From Trichoplax adhaerens (taxonomy: Eukaryota; Animalia; Placozoa): DNA of 64,000 nt. Location of the stretch: positions 4,758,336-4,822,335 of the forward strand of contig NW_002060948.1 in assembly GCF_000150275.1 (NCBI RefSeq), read 5' to 3'. Both the position numbers and the translations under genes were made by a program. The notes under the pieces are model-generated. The model made no database searches, was not told the origin of the DNA, and saw nothing but the letters and a program-made list of their open reading frames with translations. Positions 40,820 through 52,672 of this stretch are shown in pieces; position 1 is the first letter of the stretch, and each line of letters opens with the position of its first letter.

Positions 40820-43800
40820 AGTCAATCAACTAGAGTATTCAGAGTATCCACACCAGCAAGGTAAAAGTAATGTATTTAACTACAAGATTTTATTGATATC
40901 ATAAGCTTAGTACCACTAGTCACGTAGATCCTGTGCTTTCTAGATGTTGATAGGCATAAAAAATCTGTACTTAATGAAAACTATAAAAGCGGCTACCGAG
41001 TAGTCAGTACTATATTTCGTTATAACTAATATATATCAATTATTTCCATTAACTGATTATAAATTATTATGAAAGTATTATGGTACAGAATAATCGATGC
41101 CATGCTTCGTTATAATCAGTATATCAATTATTCTCTTTAATGATTGCAAATTATTGTCAAAGTACCTCTGGATTTGGTAATCCAGCCGCTGGTTACTGCT
41201 CTCAATATAGTGGTATTGCTTGCAAAAATATCAAGGCTTTGCGAAATGAAACCACCTTGGTATGGACAGATTATAATTACTCCCATCTGGAACTGGATAA
41301 TGTTATTAACAGCATTTTCCGAGATATTGAAAACGATAAAGATGGCTTTCCTTTAAGTAAGTAGAGCATTTTATCCAGCCTATAGGATTTCATTTCATCC
41401 CTGAATGCTATAGTAAAGGATTCACTTTATGATAATGAGTCCGACGAATGAGTGTAACATACGTATATTGAGATTTTACTTTCACATCGCAAATATACAA
41501 GTGAAATGATCTCAAAATATTAATTTTGTATAGTTAACCCAGCGTTTAACAAGATAATTTTTACTATCAGCAATAAATGCTGCAGCATACAAGAAAAGAT
41601 TTAGCTGCAACTCTAGTATACTCGTTGATATATAAATTAATTAATCGAGTCTCATTAAGCCTCACTTTGTCTTTCATATCTTTTTATATAATTCGTGAAA
41701 CTGAGCATCAATAACTTCTATAAAGGTTAAGCTATATATTACTAAACGAAATCGCTTGCAATGTAGAAATAAATTCTCATTTGTGAGAAATAGCAGTATA
41801 GAAACTCTAGCTACCAGTCGATTAAATCTGATTGAAGTAATAGAATTGTTGGCCATATTGTCTGTTGCTGAATTAGATGAATGTAGTCTCAATCAACTGA
41901 AAAATTCATATTATACCATCGATGAAATGATTTAATACGATAAAAACGCAAGTAAGAATATTAGGATAACTGTATATCGAGACCACGAAATTCATTGTTG
42001 CTGCTACTTGTGCTTAATGAACTAGAAAATGGATGTCTAGAGATCTCCAAGGAAGTAATTTGCACAATCGTATTTCCACCTTGTGATAATGAACGCATTT
42101 GTCGCCAAGGCTGCAAGGTAGCTCTGGAATTATGTCCGATCGAATGGGGTCGTTTAGCTATTCATGCTTATAGTAATACCTATGGGAAAGGAATTATTCC
42201 TACCCATACATATATACCCAGGAACTGTTCTTATTTCTCTACCAAGCAGCCATGCCAACTACTGTTCAATGAAATCTCTGCGGGTAAATATAAAATGTGT
42301 TAAATAACTGGCGCTATTGCAGTTCGAAAAGAATATTGTAATAACTAATACAAAAGAGATAGAGTCAAGCATCGATGCTTGCTCACTTTATTCTAGGACA
42401 TGTATTTCATCTAATCGAAAATTATATTGTACTTTAACTTTACACATGATAAAATATTTGCCGGTTGATATTAGTAATCTACGTTACGAAGTAAGTTGTC
42501 TATAGTAACTATTATTATAATCCTTGATTGCAAGTACCTTGTAACTTTCAAATTCAATACCGGTATACATTGTGCTGCAAGACCGGCAAAATCGGTAATC
42601 GTTATTCGGAACACCTATTTTTAAAGCCGTAGTGATTTCACTTAACTGTAGCTATTTAATTTGAAAATATTATCGAAATATGAAGTACCATACTATTGTC
42701 TTGACGCATCATGGAGATTTACTCTATTTTTACAACTCAAATTTGCAGTTAGCAGATTGTCAACCCTTAGTTTAAAATTCATTCATTACAATTACGTAAG
42801 AAGACATTAAACAAACTAATTTCAATGATTTTAAAATTTTAATACGATATGGAGTGAATCGGTTTTTTAGCAAACTAAGGTTGGGTTTTCAGTTCTTTGT
42901 ATAATATTTGAATGAACGATATCTTAATTTTAAACTTTTACAGAGACCTTGCCTGTATGGACAATCGTGATTATAGTCATAGCTGTGGTTGGTAGTTTTA
43001 TAACAGCAGGCTATGCAATGCTACGCTATTATAGCAGTAACAAAATTCGATCATCTTCGCGTGATAACGAAATGACAATGGTTAGAAATTTACCTGGGGT
43101 GGCAGCCGAAAATGATTCCAAAGAAATCAGCTATAAACACAATGCTCCTTCGCGAGAACTTACAATAGATACATCAAGCCTACATGACGTTACATTCTTT
43201 CAAAATAATCAAATACAAGTGAAAGAAAAATTAGGGGAAGGCCATTTCAGTACGGTAAGGAACAATAATTTGGTTTAGGTAAATATTAAAGTAAATTATA
43301 TTCAAATATCTAAACATAGCCCAGATATGATCATTAATCAATAGTCCGTGAATTCAAATATGTATCATATATGATCAATTCATTTTATTAGGTTTATAAA
43401 GGATTTCTACTGGATAACGATAAAGAAACACCAGTAGCACTAAAGTTACTGAAAGCATCAGAGAGTGATGCTCAGAAGCAAAAGTTTATCGACGAGGTCT
43501 GTCCCAGTAAAGCTGATACGAAGCAGCTAATGTAGTAAAATTTTGATTATTTGATAACTAATATAGCACTAATAACACATTACCGAAAAGTATATGTACA
43601 GTATACCAGTATAGTGTGAGCGATTACATCTAAGCCGATATTTAAAGTAGACTTTAGATTTACAAAGCTTTCAGTTAATTAATATATGCATGATTTTACT
43701 AGTTTTACTTTTAATGATCATATGCTGAAGGTATTGCTAAAAGAATCATCTATGTAATACAGCAATCTATTGTAACTCTCAAAATAATGCTTACTTATTC

Positions 43801-45079
43801 TTAGGCTTCCGCTAATGCCATGTTTAACCATGAAAATATCGTCAAATTAATTGGTGTGTCATTCACAAGTGATCCTTACTATTTGATTTTGGAATACATG
43901 CAGAATGGAAATTTACACGATTACTTAGCTAATAATGCTGCGCCTATACAAGCAGAACATCGTGTTGCAATAGGAAAGAGTAAGGAAAATCTAGCTAAGC
44001 TATAAGAATAATTAAGTAATAATGATTTATCAATAGCTTATTGACCATCACTTAATAGTAAATAATTTCGTTGCAAATTTTCACACTACATGCGTTATTT
44101 TGTCTAATAAGACTAGTATTTGACCGCATTCTAACAATTTTGATTAATATTATTTATAGTTAGTGAAGCAATAATAATTATGATATTGATTATGGCATTG
44201 TTTAGTCTTCGTTTAATTCACAACTATAGCCGATACCGGTAACTCTCTTTATCAATAGAGTAAGGTAGACGAATAGTAATGCTCTTAAGATCTAACACTA
44301 AATTCTTTATGTCGGATTTATTATGTCAAGGGCTACAAAATAATGATTATATCAATATGGAAGGCGTTGAATATCTTGAGCACAGTGATCTCATTAGGTT
44401 CCTAGTCCAAGCAGCATCGGCTTTAAACTACTTATCCAATCTGAGAGTCATACATCGCGATATTGCAGCCAGAAATTGTTTACTGGGTGAAAATAAGCAT
44501 CTTAAAATATCCGATTTTGGATTATGTAAAGATATATATGCTGATCAACATTACAAGGTAAAAATATAAAAAATTACGTAGTATTAGAGTTGCACAGCTA
44601 CACTTACATTGCATGTTGAAACATGCGTTATTCTAGTTTGCTACTTATTTGCCTAAAATTTCATCCAACCATAGATGCAGAAAATGAAAAATGTTCCCTT
44701 ACGATGGTCACCACCCGAAGTTTTACTAAGATCACTGTATACTGAAGAAAGTGATGTCTATTCCTTTGGTGTACTAATGTGGGAAGTTTTCTCATTTGCG
44801 ATATCACCATTTTATCAGTATACCTTTGATGAAGTAACTGCCATCATTAAAAGTGGTCAGACAAAAGAAGCCCTGAGTAGACCGGCTACTTGCATTAGTA
44901 ACGAAATTTGGAAACTTATGACTGAATGTTGGGAATTTTATCCTAAGGACAGGCCATCAGCATCTGAAATATTAACTAAATTGCTTTCAGAAGAAGATCA
45001 ATCGGTGTATGATAATTTGAATCCTGCGATGGAGTATATCGAGTGTTCACCTGTAAACCAAGAGTATACCCTGCAATAA
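40820..45079 (+). CDS. Receptor tyrosine kinase with an extracellular Frizzled-type cysteine-rich domain (ROR/MuSK/Nrk-like); 5' end not resolved
   Basis: CRD exons GYCSQYSGIAC (ROR GFCQPYRGIAC, MuSK GYCAQYRGEVC) and CLEISKEVICTIVFPPC...ICRQGC...LCPIEW; TM VWTIVIIVIAVVGSFITAGYAML; kinase LGEGHFSTVYKG, VALK, HENIVKLIGV, IHRDIAARNCL, KISDFGL, PLRWSPPE, SDVYSFGVLMWEVFS. Stop ends at 45079. The signal-peptide exon could not be placed. Confidence 0.92.
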
Positions 45080-46635
45080 TATGATTGCATATACGATAGA
45101 TTGTAGTAGACAAGTGAACCTAAAAGAATGTTAAGGCAAAAATGAAGCTAAAAATTAGCACTTATGGATTATAGCGATCTATTGCAAATAGTTTAAAATT
45201 ATATTTTTTAAGGATTTAAATACTAGCAAGGACTATTACAACATAGCGACGAGCAGTAAAAGTAGGAAAGTGCAGAAACCAAATATTTCATTAATTCTGT
45301 CATTTAGATCATAATAATGATAATTAAATTAAAATTATCTAGCAATTACGTTTTTCTGCATCGAGTTATACTGTTAATGATGCTTGACTAATCACTTTGA
45401 GAAGTTAAAATTAATACTGCATGAGTAAACCAATAGAATCACTAATAAAATAATGAGTCATAACACACATAGTGTTATTAGCCACATTACCATGTAATAC
45501 AACAAAATCCTGAATGTTGCATTTGAAGTGCTAATTGATTGGATTTGATAATTGTATATAAGGGAATCTATTAAAAATATTCTAGACTCTGGATTCTCCC
45601 CTTATGAAAATGAAAGAGAAACTATAGCAGTTTTAGCTGTAACAGTTGCATGCAGAATATTTGCTCAGAAGAGAAATCTATTAAAAATTCAGAAATCATG
45701 TTCAACTAATACAGTCACTAGCTCGGCTCTGTTCTCATACACAAGAGTGTTGTAATAGATATGTAACCTTAGCGTTATTTTCTTTGTTATCTCTTTATTA
45801 GATTTAGGGTAATATCTACACCTCGTATTTAGATTAGCTATTGGTCTGAAATCATTCCTTGTATAGAATGTTTTCAATAAACTTCGACTTTATTATCAAA
45901 ATAAAATGTAGTACAGAATTTATAAAAAAATATATCATCGGTCTCTACTGGCTTGTTAAAATTTGACAAATACGCCAATACATAGCGCTCATTATATCAC
46001 TTCTTCTCTTTATATTGTAATATATCACGGACTGATACTCTCACGCAATATTTGGCTGGTTGGTTTAAAGCTTCTTACATGGCCAATAAATATATCGTTA
46101 CTGCACTTACTATACAGAATTAAAGTTGTTACCAATAGCAGTCCTGTAACAATAGATGAAATTTTTAAAGAAACTTCAATTACTATTAATAATATTAACT
46201 AACAACGTCTACTAAGAATGCAACTGTGTGAAGTACAATACAAATTTTATAAACATTGCAATGATTCAGTTGTATTTTAGAAATATTCTACTTTCGCATT
46301 TTACCAGATAACTCCTCTAAGGAATATACACATAGTAATATAAAATATAAAAATGAGATTCTGAAATGTACTGGCCGGTCAATATCCCGGATAATAAGAT
46401 GTACAAAAGATCTAATTTACGATAAATTTCTTACAGATACTTTCTATTAATATTAAGAATCATAGATTACGTGCAGAAGGCATCCGTAATAATAGCATAA
46501 ACTGAATACAAAGTTTAGAGTACGTTTTATAAATTCATAGAAAAATATCGTGATATAAGTAATGTTGATACTATTAAAGCAGGCTACATATACAGTATAA
46601 CACTGAGGTATTTCGTAATAAGAAAATTGTTTCCT

Positions 46636-49344
46636 TTATAGATGCACAGGTCCATGATTGATAGTGCTACTGCTTATTTTTCCCTTTATTTGCCTTTCTT
46701 CTTTGCTAAACCACATTCCATAGCCAAAATAGATTATAAAACCTATTTCGACATAATATGTAAAAAAAATTTATGCTATGGATTAATTCCTAGTAATGTG
46801 TCAGCACCAAGATAAATTGGTGGTCACGATATCTTGTAACTACTTTGGGTATGTTCCTTACGACATGTTAAATACTACGTAATGTATGTATGACTGTATA
46901 TCATAGATGAAAAAGTATCAGTTAACAATCGCAAATAACCCAGTCAACTAGATTATATGTACTTCCAGTCTTGTAAATTATTATCATAACGCGTTCACGA
47001 ATATATAATGAACCCTACTGTAATGACATGTCTAGTCTTATTTTGATCTATACGGTATACTAACAGGGCACACGATTTTTGTAGCATTTGAGACTATAAT
47101 ATTTATTTATAGTTTTAATTTCTTAATTACTTATCTCACGTCATAAATTGGACTTACCGATTGCCATCCATACACCAAATCTAATCCAGGTCTGATAAGG
47201 TAGTTTAAGCATTAGGAATAGGTTAATGAAAACACTGAATATAGGCAAAAATGGTAGAAATTTAACTTTAAAACTCAATTCTTTGGAATTTTGAGGCTGC
47301 TTATAAATGAGGACCGTGAGAGCAATGATACCAATACCAAAAATACAGAGCAAAAGTATTGACCACCAAGCTTTCTTGGCTAAATACTCCATTCCGAAAA
47401 CGATAATTGCGTTAAATGCCAGAATGAGAACACTGATTGCTGAAATAGACATTATAACCAATCGGCCACTGCGATTAGTAGGTTCAGGCAACTGCTTCTC
47501 AATCAGTTGGCATTCATCAGAAGGAACGTAAGTATCATCAGGATTTAAGCTATGGCTATTTTGTAGTACGGTATGAAGTTGACTTGCCCTTAATTCATTC
47601 TTGTCATTGCCTGTTTCATTTCCGCTATCAGTAAAATTAATTGGGCTAGGATCTACAAAAGAACTATCAATTGGTCGAACGCTAGGATCTTCACCACTGC
47701 GACCTTCTGTATAGCTATCAGGCTGGTATCGTAAGATAAGAACACAAACCGCCACTAGTGTGTAGGCTAATAAGGTGCCAATGGACATCATATTAACTAA
47801 TTCAGCTAAATCAAACAACATTGCCATTAGGCCAGCTAGCAGCCCAGATACGGCAGTAGCAATTAACGGAGTCTTAAAACGTGGATTAACGTTTGCAAGA
47901 AATCTGTAACATAATTCATAAATAAATCAGTGAATATACATAAATTATTAATTAATTATATTACGCGATAATTTAAAGTTACCAAGAGATCAAATCACCT
48001 TATCTAGTTGGGAAATCGTATTAATAACAATTTTCATCAACTTCTGTAATATATTGTTATCAGTAAAGAATCGAAATGTAATCTGAGGCGCTTTCGGCTG
48101 CTTTTAATAGCGAGATTCACTAGAAAATATTACTATACTATGACGACCTGGTTTTATTCACAATATTCTCGAATCGATATTGACGAAATCAGTTAGAATA
48201 CAATAAAAGATTACTTTTACTACTTTCTATAAAACTAAGCGTACCTAAATAATAGTCCATCGCTAGCCATTGCATACACAACACGTGGGAGAGGAAACAT
48301 AGCACCAAGTAGAGAAGTAGATAACCCACAAACAGCTCCAACCGATATAACATAGTGGGCGGAAGGTAAATGATTGTAAGCAAATACTTGTGGTAGTGGT
48401 ACCTTTGGGTCGATTAAGTAATATGGGCACATCAAAGTAATCACTGCAGAAACGCTACCATATGCAATAAAACAAATTATCAAGGACAGGACGATACTAC
48501 GAGGGATTACTTTTTGCGGATTTACCACTTCTTCGCCAGTCGTAGCGATAGCATCGAAGCCAACGAAGGCATAAAAACATGTCGCTGCACCACTGACTAA
48601 GCCTGCAAATCCAAAAGGGAAAAATCCTCCTTCACCGTCCTTAGCTGGGTCAGGTACCTCTGATGGTGGAATTTCCCAATTGTGAATATTGGCATAGAAG
48701 AAGCCAGCCCCTACTACAAAGGCAACTACCATCAGATTAACAGTCGTAAATATATTGTTGACTATGGAAGATTCTTTAACCCCAAATGCCAAGACTGCCG
48801 TTAATAATAAGGTGATTAAAAGAGAGAAGAAGTCAGGATACTTTGCTAGGCCGGGTATATCCATTGGCGTATGATTGAGAAAATAATGGGATATTTTATT
48901 GCCAAGTAACGAATCAAAGTTCTCACTCCATGCTCGAGCAACGGATGCCGTTCCAATCACATATTCAAGGATTAAATTCCAGCCGATAACAAAGGCTACT
49001 AATTCACCAACCGTAACGTAACTGAAGACGTATGCAGAGCCAGTTTTCGGAACCCGAGCACCAAATTCAGCGTAACATAGACCGGCTAAAATCGAAGCAA
49101 AAGCAGCAATAGCAAATGCAACAATTACGCCAGGTCCTGCCGTTTGCCTAGCGACTTGACCTGTCACTACATAGATTCCAGTACCCAAAGTGCTGCCGAC
49201 GCCTAAGGCGGTTAGATCGAATGCATTCAAGCAACGCTTAAGCTCTGTATTGGCGATCGTTTCTTTATCATATAACTTTAATCGAACAATCCGTTGAAGG
49301 AAACGTTGGCGATACTGGCTAAATCGACTAGACGATTCTTCCAT
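46636..49344 (-). CDS. Cationic amino acid transporter (SLC7A1-4/CAT family), 3 coding exons (~49344-48244, ~47904-47157, ~46743-46636)
   Basis: [122 protein letters not shown]; stop TAA ending at 46636. Confidence 0.96.
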
Positions 49345-49674
49345 TCTCCTACAAAAATGAAGTCAATTAAAATAAATAAATTATGTAGACAATTTAACTG
49401 TTGATTTAAAGCAGTACCGACGAAAGAGGCCGGTCAATCGTAGCACTAGATACTATAGGTACAGTACTTACTCTTATTATTCCGTAAACTTTCTCGATTG
49501 GAGAATTTATCAAATAATAAATTAATTTCTGGCCAGTAATTTGCTGTCTAACACTAGTTCAAAGCAATAGAAACTCAAAATTATAGCAACAAGAACAAGA
49601 GCACAGCCGCAATAAAGAAGTTTTACACGGACCCACTCAAAAAGATGTAGAGGGATGTTAGGCAACTTTCAACT

Positions 49675-49965
49675 TTAGACTGTACAGTACTGTATTCTAC
49701 CGTACTGTGCACTGTACTAACTTCCATACAGTGCACTACACTGTACTGTACTATGTACTGTACAGTGTACACTGAACAGTACTGTACTGTACAGTACAGT
49801 GCTCACATGATCGTCATGTTCTATCGATGTCCAGTATAGTACTGTACAATGTACAGTACATGCGTGTTGAGTTCTGCATCATTGCAGTCAGAACATGAAA
49901 TTTCCTCTTGAAAGTCTGCTACAGTATAGAAATTGGCCATTGACAGAGACATTACACTGTACTGA
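49675..49965. promoter_or_regulatory. ACAGT/ACTGT-rich island upstream of the SLC7A gene
   Basis: Dense tactgtac/acagtac runs just 5' of a probable untranslated first exon (splice donor near 49470). Confidence 0.7.
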
Positions 49966-50060
49966 GCGTACGGTGCAGAAATTTGTAGTTTGATCAAGAT
50001 GGTCGAACCATTTCGAAATATATCAATCAAATTTTATGTTTGCATCTCCATCAGTCGAAA

Positions 50061-50407
50061 TTTCTTATAGAAGCATGGTTGTGCTACTTTCTTTTACAAG
50101 CGGATTAAGGAGTGTATTCGCAGTGCTCAGTCTACTTCTGCAATCAGTCCAAAGAAATGAGTCGACAAATTTATAACATCATTTCACTTATATCCATGGA
50201 AGCATTTATACATGCTTCCATGGATATAAGTGAAATGGTGTTACAAATTTGTAGCACAGCAATGCTTCCTTTCTTACGGAAGCATTGCTGTGCTACTTTC
50301 TTTCACAAGCGAATTACGAAGTATGTTTGCAGTGCTCAGTCTGCTTCTACAATCAGTCCAAAGAAATGAGTCGACAGATTTGTAACACCATTTCACTTAT
50401 ATCCATG
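50061..50407. repeat. Composite repeat: two ~138-bp direct copies (period 209 bp) separated by an inverted, internally deleted copy, creating two hairpins
   Basis: Copy A 50061-50198, copy B 50270-50407. Hairpin 1 has 41-bp arms (50165-50205/50212-50252, 2 mismatches). Hairpin 2 has perfect 19-bp arms (50251-50269/50278-50296). Confidence 0.92.
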
Positions 50408-51307
50408 CATGGAATAAAGAGTTGACGCCAGAACGCCCACTTGCAATTTTTTATAGCACGTTAGCTAAATTAAATAATGTAGCTGCTATTTTTGGAGAAT
50501 TGGAAAACTTTCTTTAACCGATTGACTATTTATTTGAGGTAATTGATTATAATTACTGATAATATACATAATTGTTTGAATACGAGCTAATAAATAGGAA
50601 GCGGTAGTTTATTGAAAACAACCGCATAATTAGTTCTAATATTGCAAAGTTAAAGTTGTAATAAAGCACAAAAAGTTAACATGTCAATCGGCAAATTCGA
50701 CTCGTGCAAAAGAACAGGCTAGAAAGAGCCAACCATGTTTCGTAATCTTTAAATATCCCATGGGAGCAAGTTAGATGCGGGATATAAATCATACAATGTG
50801 AATCAATAGCTTAGATTTCATTAAAATGCATGCAAATGAATTCAATTCTGCCGTCATGGCTTTAAAAAATTAATTTTGATATACTGTAAAAGACACTTTG
50901 TAAGCGTATTATACTGTACAATACAAATTAGCTTTGAAGTGATTTGCATACTGAATGGTTAAAATTAGCAAAGACATCTACGACGAGAACTCCGATCAAA
51001 CCTGGCTATATGTCAGCAACTTTCATTAACAAAGTTTAATTTGGCATAATCATACACTCAGAAAAGAGACAACTGCGAACGATCTGAGTATACGAGGATA
51101 AAGGCGGTGTGCTTTTTAGCGAAAATTTAACAGATACGCTGAAGAAATGGCTAATCATGATTTAAATATTTTGGTATAACAGTTAACATACAGTACTGTC
51201 TGTAGTAATGTAGTACACGATTTGCAATAAATTGAAGTAGCAACTGGCGTGGCTTAGTAGCTATAGCAACAGATCATTTTCTACGAATACCATAATTTAC
51301 AAATGTT

Positions 51308-52672
51308 TTATTCTTCTTTAGTGCCTTGTTCGATCGACTTTGTTATCCGCGTTGTATTAATGTTATTGTAGCCAGCAATACCGAAGAATTGATCCATGTG
51401 TCGATTAATTTGTGCTGGTCCTAGCTTGCCTCCGTTGCTGTTCACAAAGACTAAATTTTTGGTATCTTTTTGGACTAATGGCACGACCAAGCGGATATAA
51501 TGAATATATTTTTCCAGCGCATACTTCGCATATCCAAGAACGGTAATCATCATGCCATCCATGCTTGTAATTTTGCGATCTGAAATTGTAATAATTATTT
51601 CGGCTCCATCATTATCCCACGATCCTTCACAATCTTGAACATCAGCAAATGTCATGTTGCAAAGAGCAGATAACTTAGGCCTGCAGGTAACCAGTAATTG
51701 AGCTAAAACAAAACGGAGACTATATGTATAACTCTTTCTATCAAAGGTTTGCCAAGATTTTTTCTCAATTAGTGCTTTTGCATAGGCAGTTAGCTCTTCA
51801 AATCTATCTCGATACTCGCTATGATTTACAACCTTAAACAATTCTGCTGGATCTATCAAAAACGAGCCACTATGGTAAGATGCGCGAACCTCTCTTTCGC
51901 GCGTTTTACGAAGAGCCCTAAAGCGATTAAATAATCCGCTCAGAAAGATATCTTCCTTGTAATCAATTCCGGATAAATGCCTACGATAACAGGCAAACTG
52001 TCTGGCTCGATCAACGCTCCCAATAAAATTACAAATACTCGACTCGCATAATTTAGCATCTTTGTAGAGCAAATCTGTATAAACTCTTAACTTTCGAGAA
52101 TCTACAATAGGTTGCCATGATAGTTCGTTCCCATCGCATGCCCAAAATAAGTATTTATTAATTGCGGTAGCAATATTCCTTGCAAATCCATGCGGTTTAC
52201 CGGAACTTCTTAGATAGCGATAAAAATCCTTAACTTCTTTGTGCTTATCTGGATATTTTTTTCCTAATCCAAATTCTTTCAATTTACAGTTGCTAGCATG
52301 ACGGCTAGGACGAAAAGCGCTGGCTTCAGGTCGGCCAGATTCGTCAAATCGATTCACATTTATTTCTTCCTCTATCAATTCATTGCTATCTTTTGGTTTT
52401 TTTTCACTGCGTTCCATCTCTTCCTGATTTAATTCATCTATATCCGACTCGTCAAAAACCTCAGTAATGTTTGATTCGACTTTATCGGTACAAGCTGCTT
52501 CCTCCAATGCTATAGTTGTATCTTCTTTACTAATAACCACATCTGTGACACCTGCTTCCTTCGATTGTCCAAGCTCACTGCTATTGCTTTGCTGTAATTG
52601 AATCAATGAATCACATAATGTTTCTTCCACGGTAATAGGATTTTTATCGGTAAAATTGTTTCCAACATTTTC
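51308..52672 (-). CDS. Terminal exon of a tyrosine-recombinase (phage-integrase fold)-derived protein, apparently catalytically inactive; upstream exons not resolved
   Basis: Open frame from splice acceptor ttttacag|GAA at 52672; acidic N-terminal region. Core-binding-like FYRYLRSSGKPHGFARNIATAINKYL and LRVYTDLLYKDAKLCESSICNFIGSV. Catalytic-domain-like LLVTCRPKLSALCNMT, IIITISDRKIT, LEKYIHYIR, LVFVNSNGGKL, INTTRITK. Stops before the box II H/Y motif. Confidence 0.72.
   Translation of the reverse strand, partial: ENVGNNFTDKNPITVEETLCDSLIQLQQSNSSELGQSKEAGVTDVVISKEDTTIALEEAACTDKVESNITEVFDESDIDELNQEEMERSEKKPKDSNELIEEEINVNRFDESGRPEASAFRPSRHASNCKLKEFGLGKKYPDKHKEVKDFYRYLRSSGKPHGFARNIATAINKYLFWACDGNELSWQPIVDSRKLRVYTDLLYKDAKLCESSICNFIGSVDRARQFACYRRHLSGIDYKEDIFLSGLFNRFRALRKTREREVRASYHSGSFLIDPAELFKVVNHSEYRDRFEELTAYAKALIEKKSWQTFDRKSYTYSLRFVLAQLLVTCRPKLSALCNMTFADVQDCEGSWDNDGAEIIITISDRKITSMDGMMITVLGYAKYALEKYIHYIRLVVPLVQKDTKNLVFVNSNGGKLGPAQINRHMDQFFGIAGYNNINTTRITKSIEQGTKEE

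Noticed and set aside
50112-50369. 85-aa ORF over the hairpin cassette
   Set aside because: GTG start, fully explained by the repeat structure.
51308-52672. Bacterial or phage contamination as source of the integrase-like ORF
   Set aside because: Contiguous with intron-containing animal genes, similar base composition, entered via a splice acceptor, with no operon context.
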